Positions 31,162 through 41,003 of a stretch of 61,234 nt of DNA are shown piece by piece. How positions within the stretch are numbered: the stretch's first letter is position 1; the number at the start of each line of letters is the position of its first letter. The DNA is taken from the sequence record DRR378314_843; one strand, 5' to 3'. The notes under the pieces are model-generated. The model saw only the letters and a list, made by a program, of their open reading frames with translations. It had not been told where the DNA came from and made no database searches. Made by a program: the position numbers and the translations under genes.

Positions 31162-32304
31162 ATGTCGAAATCGGCATTGCGACGCCGGGCGAAAGAAGCC
31201 CGCCACTGGCTGTTCGACGCATGTTTCCCGCTCTGGAGCGAACGCGGCCTGAACGAGAGCGGCCTGTTTGTTGACGCCCTCTCGCTGGATCACACACCTC
31301 TGGCTGGCGACAAAGTTCTCGTCAGTACGCAGGCGCGCCAGACTTCCGTATTCGCACAAGCCGGGCGTCTTGGCTGGAAACCCGATACGGCGAGAGATCT
31401 GGTCGAAGACGGTGTGCGGACGCTCAGCGGTCTGGCGCGACGCGACGATGGCCTGATCGGGCGCACCCTGCTTGCAGACGCCAGCGCACTTTCCGACCAG
31501 ACGCCGTATCTTGGAGACCTCGCCGCCAGTCTGCATGCGCTCGCCCTGTCGAGTGAGATGCTCGAAGATGGCAGCGGCGTGATTGCGTCTGTCCGCGCGC
31601 TGCTGGATTCGCTGGACCGACGGATGAAAGATCGCACCAATGGCGGCTATGCCGAAATGCTGCCCATGATGGCCACGCGCCAACAGGCGCCACACATGCG
31701 GCTGCTGGAGGCATGCCTGGCCCTGCATCGCGCCGACCCGGAAGGCGATCATCTGGCCCGGGCATCCGGTCTGGTCACCCTGTTCCACGAGAAATTCACC
31801 GCAGGACCTGGCGGCCTGCTCGGCGAGGAATTCGGGCCGGACTGGAGTGCGCCAGAAGGCGACGCGGCCCGGTTGGTTGCGCCGTCTCACCAATTCCAAT
31901 GGGTCTGGTTGCTGGGCGCATTTGCGAGCGCGCAATCTGAACCGATGGCCCCCATTGCGGGCCGCCTCTACAGTTTTGCCACCGGCACGCTGGATGAAGA
32001 GGGCCGCACCCTGCAACAGGTCAGCCGTGACGGCGGGGCACAGAATTCCGGCCGGCGGACCAGCGCGCAGACCGATGCACTGAGAGCCCACCTCACCATG
32101 CTTGAGATAACGGATGACGACGCCGTTGCCGCAGCCGCCTGCACCAGCTTCGACATTCTGATGGACGAACACCTGACCCCCGATGGCGGCTGGATCGATG
32201 CCTATGACGGCGACGGCCATATCATCTCCAACTCGATGCCCGCCGCGACAGGGCACGACGTGGTCCGCGCATTTTCAGAGCTGATACGCGTGATGAACGC
32301 TTGA
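31162..32304 (+). CDS. AGE-family epimerase/isomerase homologue (divergent active site)
   Basis: QARQTSVF, PHM.LLEA, LGEEF and PSHQFQWVWLL match AGE/YihS-family blocks with substitutions. Confidence 0.75.
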   Translation: MSKSALRRRAKEARHWLFDACFPLWSERGLNESGLFVDALSLDHTPLAGDKVLVSTQARQTSVFAQAGRLGWKPDTARDLVEDGVRTLSGLARRDDGLIGRTLLADASALSDQTPYLGDLAASLHALALSSEMLEDGSGVIASVRALLDSLDRRMKDRTNGGYAEMLPMMATRQQAPHMRLLEACLALHRADPEGDHLARASGLVTLFHEKFTAGPGGLLGEEFGPDWSAPEGDAARLVAPSHQFQWVWLLGAFASAQSEPMAPIAGRLYSFATGTLDEEGRTLQQVSRDGGAQNSGRRTSAQTDALRAHLTMLEITDDDAVAAAACTSFDILMDEHLTPDGGWIDAYDGDGHIISNSMPAATGHDVVRAFSELIRVMNA

Positions 32305-32358
32305 AACTGACCGGTTTTGCCGTGAAAAGGGCCGGAAACCGATCAGAAGGAAGTTTTC

Positions 32359-33072
32359 ATGCCCAAACTCGCGCTCGTCCGTCATGGCCAGTCCGAATGG
32401 AATTTGCAGAACCGTTTCACGGGTTGGTGGGATGCCGACCTGACCGAGAAGGGCGAAGCGGAAGCAAAGAAATCCGGAGAATTGCTGAAAGCGTGCGACG
32501 CTGATTTCCGCGCTGCCTTCACCAGCGTCCAGACCCGCGCCATTCGCACATTGTGGCTGGCGCTGACGGAAATGGGCCGTGTGTGGCTGCCAGTGACCAA
32601 GCATTGGCGCCTGAATGAGCGCCACTATGGCGGCCTGACAGGGCTCGACAAGGCTGAGACCGCCGCCAAGCATGGCGATGACCAAGTCCATATCTGGCGC
32701 CGGTCCTACGACATTCCGCCTCCACCCCTGGAAGCCGGCAGCGAGTTCGATCTGGCCAGCGACCCGCGCTACAAAGGCATCGACATTCCGAACACCGAAA
32801 GCCTGAAGCTGACGCTGGAACGCGTCCTGCCCTATTGGGAAGAGGCGATCACGCCAGTCCTGAAGTCTGGCACGGATGTTGTCATCGCCGCGCATGGCAA
32901 CTCGCTCCGCGCTCTGGTGAAGCATTTGTTCGATGTCGCCGATGAGTCCATCACCGGGATTGAGATACCGACCGGTAACCCGCTCTACATTGAGCTGGAT
33001 GACAATCTGAAGCCGATCTCCGTTCGTTATCTGGATGCAGATCGCGGCAAACCGCTGCCTGAACTTCCATGA
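32359..33072 (+). CDS. gpmA: 2,3-BPG-dependent phosphoglycerate mutase
   Basis: [21 protein letters not shown] and AHGNSLR motifs. Confidence 0.97.
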   Translation: MPKLALVRHGQSEWNLQNRFTGWWDADLTEKGEAEAKKSGELLKACDADFRAAFTSVQTRAIRTLWLALTEMGRVWLPVTKHWRLNERHYGGLTGLDKAETAAKHGDDQVHIWRRSYDIPPPPLEAGSEFDLASDPRYKGIDIPNTESLKLTLERVLPYWEEAITPVLKSGTDVVIAAHGNSLRALVKHLFDVADESITGIEIPTGNPLYIELDDNLKPISVRYLDADRGKPLPELP

Positions 33073-33524
33073 GCCTGCGCCCGTCCCGTCGTCGCGACCG
33101 TCGCATGATGGGACGGGCCCACACCCTCGCCCGGCTCAATCAGGGCCTGACCGGGGTAAACCCGTCGGTCGGCTGTATCATCCTTGACCGTGAAGGCCAC
33201 ATTGTCGGCGCCGGCGTCACCGGTATTGGCGGACGGCCCCATGCCGAAGAAATCGCGCTGGATGAAGCCGGGGCGCGTGCACATGGCGGCACCGCCTATG
33301 TCACGCTGGAGCCCTGTCGGTCGCGCTCACAGGGCAACAAATCCTGCTCTGTAAAACTGATGGAAGCCGGCATTGCGCGCGTTGTGTGCGCCATTGAGGA
33401 TCCGCACCCGGTCGCCAATGGCGGGATTCGGGCCCTGCGCGACGCAGGCATCCAGGTGCAAATCGGGCTGGGCCAGCGCGAGAGCCAGCGACTCTACCGG
33501 AAATTCTTCGAAAGCATCCTCTGA
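33069..33524 (+). CDS. RibD-like deaminase domain only (no reductase domain)
   Basis: NPSVGC, PHAE and YVTLEPC...C zinc motif; 151 aa. Confidence 0.8.
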   Translation: MSLRPSRRRDRRMMGRAHTLARLNQGLTGVNPSVGCIILDREGHIVGAGVTGIGGRPHAEEIALDEAGARAHGGTAYVTLEPCRSRSQGNKSCSVKLMEAGIARVVCAIEDPHPVANGGIRALRDAGIQVQIGLGQRESQRLYRKFFESIL

Positions 33525-34574
33525 TCAGCTGCCGAAGGGTCCGGCGTGCGCGATGATCTTTTCATAGAACGCAACCGAATCCCGCTGGAACGCGGCCTTG
33601 TTGAACTGCTGCTCGTAGGACGCACGGCCCCCTTCGACCAGTTTTGCCGCAAGCGCCTTGTCAGAGATGACGCGGCTGAGCGCGTTGGCCAGCGCGTCGA
33701 CATCATTCTTCGGAATGAGCAGCCCGTTCACTTCATCCTTCACATAGGCCGCCGGACCAACAGCGTCCGCCGCCACCAGGGGACGAGACGCGGCCCAGGC
33801 ATCTACCGTCACCGTACCGAACGGTTCATAGCGTGAGGGGAAGGCCACCACATCGCACGCCGCGAGGAGCGCGCCGCGATCATTCCGCCATCCGAGGAAG
33901 CGGACCCGATCATCCAGGCCAAGCTTGGTACACTGCGCCTTCAGCTCTGCTTCGATCGGCCCGTCGCCCGCGATCCAGACATACAGGCCCGGCACCTTGG
34001 CCGTGGCGTCCAGCAGCGTGTCGAGCCCCTTCTTCTCGTGCAGGCGGGCCAGTGCGAGGGCGACAGGTGCGTCCTCTGGCGTATCCAGCGCCGCGCGGCT
34101 TGCCGGATCTGCGCCTTCGAAATCGGCATAGGTGTGAATAATGGCAGACCGGTCATCCGGCACGCCCTGCTCGCGGATATGGCGCAGCAGATCAATCGTC
34201 AGGCCGACATGCCATTCACAATTCACGAAACGGGCGAGCTTGTAATAGCCGCCATACCAGCCGATCGACCGGCTGCGATATTCCTTTGGCGCGAACTGCC
34301 CGGCACGGCCCATCCAGTATTCGATCACATCCGGCTTGAACGCCTTGATCGCATCGCCGATCACGCGGCGCGTCGGGAAAGGCCAGGTATTGTTGAAAGC
34401 GGCCACATCGACGCCAATTCCGGCTTCACGAAATTTCTGCACGCGGAACTGGTTGTCCGGCCGTGTCACGACATGCTGGGTCAGCCCGGCTTCCGCCAGT
34501 GCCAGCACGGATTCCAGCATGATGTTTTCCGCGCCGCCCTCTTTCGCGCCCGCCATCACGTGCATGATCCGCAT
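33525..34574 (-). CDS. Glycosyltransferase family 4
   Basis: GGAE, RLHEKKGLD and PSRYEPFGTVTVDA motifs. Confidence 0.9.
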   Translation of the reverse strand: MRIMHVMAGAKEGGAENIMLESVLALAEAGLTQHVVTRPDNQFRVQKFREAGIGVDVAAFNNTWPFPTRRVIGDAIKAFKPDVIEYWMGRAGQFAPKEYRSRSIGWYGGYYKLARFVNCEWHVGLTIDLLRHIREQGVPDDRSAIIHTYADFEGADPASRAALDTPEDAPVALALARLHEKKGLDTLLDATAKVPGLYVWIAGDGPIEAELKAQCTKLGLDDRVRFLGWRNDRGALLAACDVVAFPSRYEPFGTVTVDAWAASRPLVAADAVGPAAYVKDEVNGLLIPKNDVDALANALSRVISDKALAAKLVEGGRASYEQQFNKAAFQRDSVAFYEKIIAHAGPFGS

Positions 34575-34708
34575 CTGCCGTTCCTTTCAAACTGAACCAT
34601 TACCTGCCTGAGCGCATACCCATTATCACAAGCTGCGGCAAACGCTCCTTGGCAGTGGGGGATGAAATGCCTACAGACAGGGCCGAACACAATGAAAGCC
34701 GCATGATC

Positions 34709-35701
34709 ATGTCCGACTACCGCCTCTTTGGCGCCGATACCTCGCCCTACTCCCAGAAAGTCCGCGCCTTCCTGCGTTACAAGAATGTGGACTTCGACTG
34801 GGTGGCGCGCTCGCGCGAGAATGAGGAAGAGTTCCAGGCACTGGCACAGGTTGCGACCGTACCCTTGCTGATCTCTCCCACGCGCCCGGCCAATCAGGAC
34901 TCCACGGCGATCATTTCGGGCCTTGAGGCAGACCATCCAGAACCAAGCGCCGTGCCGGATGAGGTTGCGACTTCCATGCTGGCCCTGCTGCTGGAAGACT
35001 ATGCGGATGAGTGGCTGAACAAGACCATGTTCCTGGAACGCTGGGGTCAGAAGCCTGACCGCGAAGATGCCGCTCTGCGCGTGTTGGTACAGCTTTATGG
35101 CGGCAAGCGCCCCCGCGCTTACAAGAAAGCCCGCGACCAGATTGCCGAACGTATGGCAGACCGGCTGAAGCTGGTCGGCGCAAATGAAAGCAACGCGGAC
35201 ATTCTCAAAGCTTCGTTCGAGCGCTTCTCAACGCTGCTGAACGCTCATTTGAAAGAACATCTCTACATTTTCGGTGGTCGTCCGTCTGCGGCAGACTTTG
35301 CGCTCTACGCGCAATTCCAGCAGATGATGATGGACAAGACCCCTGCCAAATGGCTGACCGAACACGCCCCGTTTATCGTCGCCTGGATCGAGAATATGGA
35401 AGATCCAAAGCCGGGCGCGCCGTTTGCCTCGCTTGAAACGCTCGCACCGACGCTGGCGCCAATCTTCGCAGACGAGCTTTGCAAGACCTACCTGCCCTGG
35501 GCAAAAGCCAATTCAAAAGCGGCCGAGCGCGGCGACAAGGATGTGTCAGCCTCTGTGGAAGGTGGCACGTTCGAACAGTCGACACAAAACTACGCCGCCG
35601 CTGCATATGATTCCGTCCGCAAGGCGCTGGGCTCTGCCATGGAAGACGAAGCGTTGAAGACTTTCCTGAAAGACGCAGGCTGCGCGCGTTTCTTCGGTTA
35701 G
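34709..35701 (+). CDS. Glutathione S-transferase family protein
   Basis: SPYSQKVRAFLRYK, VPLL, DSTAII and GGRPSAADF motifs. Confidence 0.85.
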   Translation: MSDYRLFGADTSPYSQKVRAFLRYKNVDFDWVARSRENEEEFQALAQVATVPLLISPTRPANQDSTAIISGLEADHPEPSAVPDEVATSMLALLLEDYADEWLNKTMFLERWGQKPDREDAALRVLVQLYGGKRPRAYKKARDQIAERMADRLKLVGANESNADILKASFERFSTLLNAHLKEHLYIFGGRPSAADFALYAQFQQMMMDKTPAKWLTEHAPFIVAWIENMEDPKPGAPFASLETLAPTLAPIFADELCKTYLPWAKANSKAAERGDKDVSASVEGGTFEQSTQNYAAAAYDSVRKALGSAMEDEALKTFLKDAGCARFFG

Positions 35702-35720
35702 GCCGGAGCCCCATCCAAGG

Positions 35721-35758
35721 AAAAACGGCGCGCCCATATGGACGCGCCGTTTCTGTTT
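35721..35758. terminator. Bidirectional terminator between the GST and Hsp20 genes
   Basis: AAAAACGGCGCG-CCCATATGGA-CGCGCCGTTT hairpin between convergent genes. Confidence 0.75.
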
Positions 35759-35774
35759 CACGCAATGACCGCGC

Positions 35775-36254
35775 TTAGGCGGCGTTGCTGGAGGCTTTCT
35801 TGCCGATCAGTTTCGGTTCGCTCTTTGCAGGCGCGCCGATCTCGATCTTGCGGGGCTTCTTCTCTTCCGGCAGTTCGCGGATCAGGTCGATACGCAGAAC
35901 GCCGTGCTGGAGGTTTGCACCGGTCACGATGACATGGTCTGCCAGCTGGTACCGGCGAATGAAGCTGCGCTGGGCAATGCCGCGATGGAGATAATTACGG
36001 CCTTCGCCGTCTTCGCTCTCGCCGCGTTTGCCGGCAACGGTCAGCAGGCCTTCCTTGGTTTCGATTTCGAGGTCGTCTTCGGTGAAGCCGGCGACCGCGA
36101 TCTCAATGGCAAAGGCATTGTCGTCAACGCGCTCGATATTGTACGGCGGATAGCCCTGCGAGCCGTCGAGGCGGGATGCCTGATCGATCATGCTGGCAAG
36201 ACGGTCAAAGCCGACAACTGTGCGGTAAAGGGGGGTAAGGTCGATATTGCTCAT
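35775..36254 (-). CDS. ibpA: Small heat shock protein (IbpA-like Hsp20)
   Basis: DLTPLYRTVVGFDRL, YPPYNIE, AVAGF, YLHRGIA.RSF and PEEKKPRKIEI motifs. Confidence 0.93.
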   Translation of the reverse strand: MSNIDLTPLYRTVVGFDRLASMIDQASRLDGSQGYPPYNIERVDDNAFAIEIAVAGFTEDDLEIETKEGLLTVAGKRGESEDGEGRNYLHRGIAQRSFIRRYQLADHVIVTGANLQHGVLRIDLIRELPEEKKPRKIEIGAPAKSEPKLIGKKASSNAA

Positions 36255-36395
36255 AAGTTCAGTCCTCTGATTCAAGCAACTGCGGGCCACCCTTTCGGGG
36301 AGCGCCCGGATGGATATTCGGCGCCTGCAACAGTCCAACCCGAATTCGGCGTCGGCACAGAAACCGGTCACGACCCGATTGTCGGCATCGTGACA
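36252..36395 (-). ncRNA. ROSE-type RNA thermometer in the hsp20 5' UTR
   Basis: The last hairpin CAGTTGCTTGAATCAGAGGACTG pairs UUGCU with the AGGA Shine-Dalgarno. Upstream hairpins include GTCACGA...TCGTGAC. Confidence 0.8.
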
Positions 36396-36400
36396 CAGAC

Positions 36401-36429
36401 TATGTGGGTAGCCTAAGAAGAGGTTCAAG
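36401..36429 (-). promoter_or_regulatory. RpoH (sigma32) promoter for hsp20
   Basis: Minus strand CTTGAA-N15-CCCACATA immediately upstream of the ROSE leader. Confidence 0.7.
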
Positions 36430-36451
36430 AGGCCTGTTTAGGAGAGACCCT

Positions 36452-37351
36452 GTGAAGCCAATCACCCCGATTTTCGCCCTGTCCGCGCTGGTTCTGGCCG
36501 CCTGTGGCCAGCCTGACGCCCCTGCAACAGAAACTGCGCAGCCCGCCACACCGCCGGTCGAGACGACCGCGACAGAGACCACACCGCTTGAGGCCGCCAT
36601 CGCTGGCGCGCATCGCAGCAACGAGGAAAAGGCCCGCGATGCCTGGCGCAATCCGAAGGAAACGCTGGAATTCTTCGGCGTGGAGGCCGATGACAAAGTG
36701 GTTGAGCTGTGGCCGGGCGGTGGCTGGTACACCAACATCCTCGCGCCGTATCTGGCGAGCGGGAATGGCACGCTGGTCGCGGCTTATTTCGATCCGAATG
36801 TGGGCGATGAAGACCGCCGCGCCCGCATCGCGGAACGCCTCGCAGAATTCAAGGCAAATTATGAAGACCCGAAATTCGGTACGATTGAATACAGCGCCTT
36901 TTCCGCCGAAAGCGGCCCGCTGACCGAAGAAGGCACAGCCGATGTCGTGCTGACCTTCCGCAATCTGCACAATTGGATGGGCGGCGGCTACACCGACAAA
37001 TTCTTCACCGACGCCTATGCGGCCCTGAAGCCGGGCGGCGTGTTGGGTGTGGTCGAGCACCGCCTGCCCTCCACCGATACACAGGACCCGACCGGTGCGT
37101 CCGGCTATGTCCACGAAGACTATGTGAAATCACTCGCAGAAGCGGCCGGATTTGAATTTTCCGCGTCCAGCGAGATCAACGCCAATCCGGCCGATACGGC
37201 TGATCACCCGTTTGGCGTGTGGACCCTGCCCCCGGTCAGCGCGACATCTGACCGTGAAGGCAACACGCCGGAAGACTTTGATGCCGAGGCCTATGCCGCC
37301 GTCGGTGAAAGCGACCGCATGACCCTGAAATTCGTGAAACCCGCCGAATAG
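36452..37351 (+). CDS. Class I SAM-dependent methyltransferase-like lipoprotein
   Basis: LAAC lipobox, VVELWPGGGWYT, LTFRNLHNW, LKPGG and GESDRMTLKF motifs. Confidence 0.85.
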   Translation: MKPITPIFALSALVLAACGQPDAPATETAQPATPPVETTATETTPLEAAIAGAHRSNEEKARDAWRNPKETLEFFGVEADDKVVELWPGGGWYTNILAPYLASGNGTLVAAYFDPNVGDEDRRARIAERLAEFKANYEDPKFGTIEYSAFSAESGPLTEEGTADVVLTFRNLHNWMGGGYTDKFFTDAYAALKPGGVLGVVEHRLPSTDTQDPTGASGYVHEDYVKSLAEAAGFEFSASSEINANPADTADHPFGVWTLPPVSATSDREGNTPEDFDAEAYAAVGESDRMTLKFVKPAE

Positions 37352-37370
37352 GGCGACGAACACACACGAC

Positions 37371-37410
37371 AGAGCCCGCTGCCCTTTCCGGGGTGGCGGG
37401 CTCTTTCTTT
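37371..37410 (+). terminator. Intrinsic terminator
   Basis: AGAGCCCGC...GCGGGCTCT followed by TTCTTT. Confidence 0.75.
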
Positions 37411-37440
37411 TGGCCCCTGCGCCGCCTAAAGGTGCGCGTC

Positions 37441-38055
37441 ATGACGACACGATCCCTCTTCCCGACCCTGATCCGCACCGAGTCTCTCGGCGACGCAGAC
37501 CTTGCGACGCGCCTGGAACATGTTTGCTGGGTGCTGGCAGAGGATGATCAGGCCGGCAATGAGTGGTGCGAGAAACAGGGCTATGGCGGCTACACCTCCT
37601 ATGCTTCGCTGGATGATCTGCCAGAGCGGTTTCCGGAGTTTGCTGAGCTGAAAGCGCTGCTGGACCCGATGGCCGCATCATTCGCCGAGGAATTGCTCTG
37701 GGACATGGCCGGTCTGTCCCTGCAGCTCGATGCGATCTGGGTGAACATTCTTGAGCCCGATTTCGGTCATTCGAACCACATCCACCCCGGCAGCGTGATT
37801 TCGGGCACGTTCTATGTCGCGATTCCGGACGGGGCGGCGCGGTTAAAACTGGAAGATCCGCGCCTCTCGCGCATGATGGCGGCACCACAATTGCGCGATG
37901 ATGTCCCCGAAGACCGCCAGCGCTTCGTCTATCTGGCGCCCGAAGCCGGACAGGCAATCATGTGGGAAAGCTGGCTGCGCCACGAAGTCCCTCCCAATAT
38001 GGGGGAGGAACCGCGTGTTTCGATCAGCTTCAACTACGCCCTGAAGCGGGCCTGA
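37441..38055 (+). CDS. TIGR02466-family putative 2OG-Fe(II) oxygenase
   Basis: GYTSYASL, WVN, HIHP, ESWLRHEV and RVSISFNY motifs. Confidence 0.85.
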   Translation: MTTRSLFPTLIRTESLGDADLATRLEHVCWVLAEDDQAGNEWCEKQGYGGYTSYASLDDLPERFPEFAELKALLDPMAASFAEELLWDMAGLSLQLDAIWVNILEPDFGHSNHIHPGSVISGTFYVAIPDGAARLKLEDPRLSRMMAAPQLRDDVPEDRQRFVYLAPEAGQAIMWESWLRHEVPPNMGEEPRVSISFNYALKRA

Positions 38056-38062
38056 CCGGCGG

Positions 38063-38473
38063 TTACAGCGCTTTTCCGATCACCATGATCGCCAGCGCCA
38101 GCCCGCCAACATAGGTGACAAGCGCGCCCAACGCTTTCAACGGATGCGGCTTTTCCAGCGTTGCGCAGACCAGGAAACCGAGCGCGTGCAGAATGCGCGA
38201 CAGGGTGATGAGCACCACCAGGCCGGTGACGGTGAGCCCGAGATCGCGCCCCGCATAGGCAAAGCCGGTCACCACAAAAAGCCCGATCAGAAGCGCGGCA
38301 TATTCGGCGGCATTTCCATGCGCCCGCTCGGCTTTCATCATCGGCCCGGTCGGGTCTGTCGCTGCCCCATAGGCGATGGTTTTCGTGCGTCCCCGCGTGA
38401 TCGAAACCCAGAAGCCCAGCAACAGAGTCAGAATGACCAGCGCTGCGCTGCACAGGATAAGGATTGAATGCAT
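38063..38473 (-). CDS. MAPEG family membrane protein
   Basis: RAHGNAAEY and SRILHALG motifs; four TM segments. Confidence 0.85.
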   Translation of the reverse strand: MHSILILCSAALVILTLLLGFWVSITRGRTKTIAYGAATDPTGPMMKAERAHGNAAEYAALLIGLFVVTGFAYAGRDLGLTVTGLVVLITLSRILHALGFLVCATLEKPHPLKALGALVTYVGGLALAIMVIGKAL

Positions 38474-38644
38474 TTGGTGTACCTCCCAGGCGGGAGAGTA
38501 ACCCCATTTGGGCTAGTGGGAAGCATTCAGGCACAAAACCTGCTTAACCCTTTCGCGTCATTGCTGCTCTTGACGCAATCGGTTTGAGGCGTCATCGCCA
38601 CCCGACACCGTATTTCAACCTTCCAGCCAGATGCGAGCCGTCTT

Positions 38645-39181
38645 ATGGACCTTTCCAAAATCAAAACCGGTAACAACCCGCCGGACGACATCAACGTGCT
38701 CATCGAGGTCCCGCTCGGCGGCGACCCGATCAAATACGAGATCGACAAGGATTCCGGCGCGATGTTCGTGGATCGCTATCTCTATACCGAGATGCGCTAC
38801 CCCTGTAATTACGGGTTCGTCCCGCACACGCTGAGCCTGGATGGCGACCCGATCGACGTGATGGTTGTCGGCAACCGCCCGCTTGTGCCGGGTTCCGTCG
38901 TGCGCGCCCGCCCGGTTGGCGTCCTCATGATGACAGACGACAAGGGCCCGGATGAGAAGATCCTCGCCGTGCCGCACAACAAGCTGACGTCTTACTATGA
39001 CAAGATCGCGACCTATCACGACCTGCCACAGACGCTGATCGACAAGACCGCCCACTTCTTCGAGCACTACAAGGACCTCGAAAAGGGCAAGTGGACCCGG
39101 ATCGAAGGCTGGTATGGCATCGAGAAGGCTCGCGAGTTGATCGAAGCTGCCGTGAAGCGCGGCCAGGAAGAAGGCGCCTGA
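38645..39181 (+). CDS. ppa: Inorganic pyrophosphatase
   Basis: IKYEIDK, VDR, YPCNYG, DGDPIDV and FFEHYKDLE motifs. Confidence 0.97.
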   Translation: MDLSKIKTGNNPPDDINVLIEVPLGGDPIKYEIDKDSGAMFVDRYLYTEMRYPCNYGFVPHTLSLDGDPIDVMVVGNRPLVPGSVVRARPVGVLMMTDDKGPDEKILAVPHNKLTSYYDKIATYHDLPQTLIDKTAHFFEHYKDLEKGKWTRIEGWYGIEKARELIEAAVKRGQEEGA

Positions 39182-39194
39182 TCGCAGCGGCGGG

Positions 39195-40367
39195 ATGCAA
39201 ATGCTTGAACGCCTGTTCGCACTTTGCCTGATCCTGCCGCTTTTTGCCTGCACGCAATTACAAGACCGGCCGTCGGCGCTCCATGCACCGGCGGCCGATC
39301 TGTTTGACACCTCAGCGCCCGATCTCGGCCTGTCTCCCCTGCCCGGCGCAGAGACGATCACCGTTTTCCGGCCTGGCCCCGGAACTGACCAGTTCAGCAA
39401 TGGCGCCGTACCCATTGCCTTCAAGGAGCGTGTTTTCGTTCAATGGCAGAGCTCGGCCCGCGATGAAGACGCCCCGGACACGTGGGTTGCCTATTCAATC
39501 AGTGCCGATAATGGCGATCATTGGAGCGCGCCGCGCCCCCTGACCGCACCATCTGACGACGAGGAAATCCGCTCCAGCGGCGGATGGTGGACCGATGGCG
39601 AAACGCTCGTTGCCTTCCTCAATGTCTGGCCGGAAGGTTTCCACAAACGCACAGGCGGCTACACCGCCTATCGCCTCAGCCAGGACGGCGAAACCTGGAC
39701 CGAGCCACGCCCCTTGCTCGGCGCGGATGGTACACCGGTAAATGGCGTCATCGAGCAGGATCCGCACCTGTATGATGGCCGCCTGCACACGGCGTTTCAT
39801 GTCCGCCCCGGCATTCGCGCGCGGCCCTTCTATACAGACGATCCGCTTGGATTGACGGGATGGCAGGCAGGCGCGTTCGAGAACCTTCCCTCAGACCCGC
39901 CCATGAGCCGGGAACTGGAACCCAGCCTGTTCCAGCGCGGCGACTGTCTTGTCATGGTTTTCCGCGATCAGGCCTCAAGCTTTCGCCAACTGGCATCGGA
40001 AAGCTGTGACCGTGGAAAGAGTTGGAGTCGTCCGCAGCTGACAGCCATGCCGGATGCGCGCACGAAACAGAGTGCAGGCAATTTGCCGGACGGCACCGCG
40101 TTTCTTGTTCACGCGCCGAATGACGACAAATTACGCATTCCCCTCGTCCTGTCGCTGTCGGAAGATGGCCACATATTTGACCGCGCCTTTCTGCTGCGCG
40201 GCGCGGAGGATCTGCAGCCCCTGCGCACAGAGGGCCTCTACAAGCGGCCGGGCTACCACTACCCAAAAAGCTGGGTCACGAGCGATTACCTCTTCATTGC
40301 CTATACTGCCAACAAGGAAGACGTCGACCTGACCCGCGTTCCCCTATCCGCGCTGGAGGCGCGCTGA
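39195..40367 (+). CDS. Sialidase/BNR-repeat family lipoprotein
   Basis: LFAC lipobox; Asp-boxes SADNGDHW, SQDGETW, SCDRGKSW and SEDGHIF; C-terminal YHYP. Confidence 0.8.
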   Translation: MQMLERLFALCLILPLFACTQLQDRPSALHAPAADLFDTSAPDLGLSPLPGAETITVFRPGPGTDQFSNGAVPIAFKERVFVQWQSSARDEDAPDTWVAYSISADNGDHWSAPRPLTAPSDDEEIRSSGGWWTDGETLVAFLNVWPEGFHKRTGGYTAYRLSQDGETWTEPRPLLGADGTPVNGVIEQDPHLYDGRLHTAFHVRPGIRARPFYTDDPLGLTGWQAGAFENLPSDPPMSRELEPSLFQRGDCLVMVFRDQASSFRQLASESCDRGKSWSRPQLTAMPDARTKQSAGNLPDGTAFLVHAPNDDKLRIPLVLSLSEDGHIFDRAFLLRGAEDLQPLRTEGLYKRPGYHYPKSWVTSDYLFIAYTANKEDVDLTRVPLSALEAR

Positions 40368-40991
40368 ATGGATCTGTCAGTCTGGTTCGCGTTGATGGCG
40401 CTGTTCTTCGCGGGCGGCCTTACCCCCGGCCCGGCTGTCATGATGGTGATGAGCGCATCGCTGCGCTATGGCGCGCCAACCGCATTGATCCCTGCCGCGG
40501 GCGTGTCAGCCGCCAATCTTGTCTGGATCGCGCTGGCCGCGACGGGAATTGCCGCATTTGCTGCGCAAGCGCCGCTGGTTTTGTTGGTGCTGAAACTGGC
40601 GGGTATCTGCTTCATCGCCTGGCTCGCCTGGACGATGGCCACCGCAGACCCGCACCGACCCCGCGCCCGCGCAGATCAGGCGCCGGCAAAATCCAACCTG
40701 TTTGGTCGCGGCGTTGGCCTGCAATTGCTGAATCCGAACGCGCTCGTCTTCTTCGGGCTGTTGTTGCCCAGCTATTTCGATGCCGACCGGCCGGTTGTGC
40801 CACAGGCCTTGTTGATCATGGCCACCGTAACCGTCACTGAAATGTTCGGGCTCGCCTTCTATGCGTGGCTGGCGGACGCGATGAACCGCAAGTTCCAGTC
40901 ACCCGCTTTCACGCAATGGTTCAATCGGCTCGCCGCGCTGGCCATGCTCGTCTCAGCCCTGTTCGCCGCCATCATGACCACGAACACCTGA
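40368..40991 (+). CDS. LysE/RhtB family translocator
   Basis: TPGPAV and LLNPNAL motifs; hydrophobic. Confidence 0.88.
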   Translation: MDLSVWFALMALFFAGGLTPGPAVMMVMSASLRYGAPTALIPAAGVSAANLVWIALAATGIAAFAAQAPLVLLVLKLAGICFIAWLAWTMATADPHRPRARADQAPAKSNLFGRGVGLQLLNPNALVFFGLLLPSYFDADRPVVPQALLIMATVTVTEMFGLAFYAWLADAMNRKFQSPAFTQWFNRLAALAMLVSALFAAIMTTNT

Positions 40992-41003
40992 CGACACATC
41001 GAA

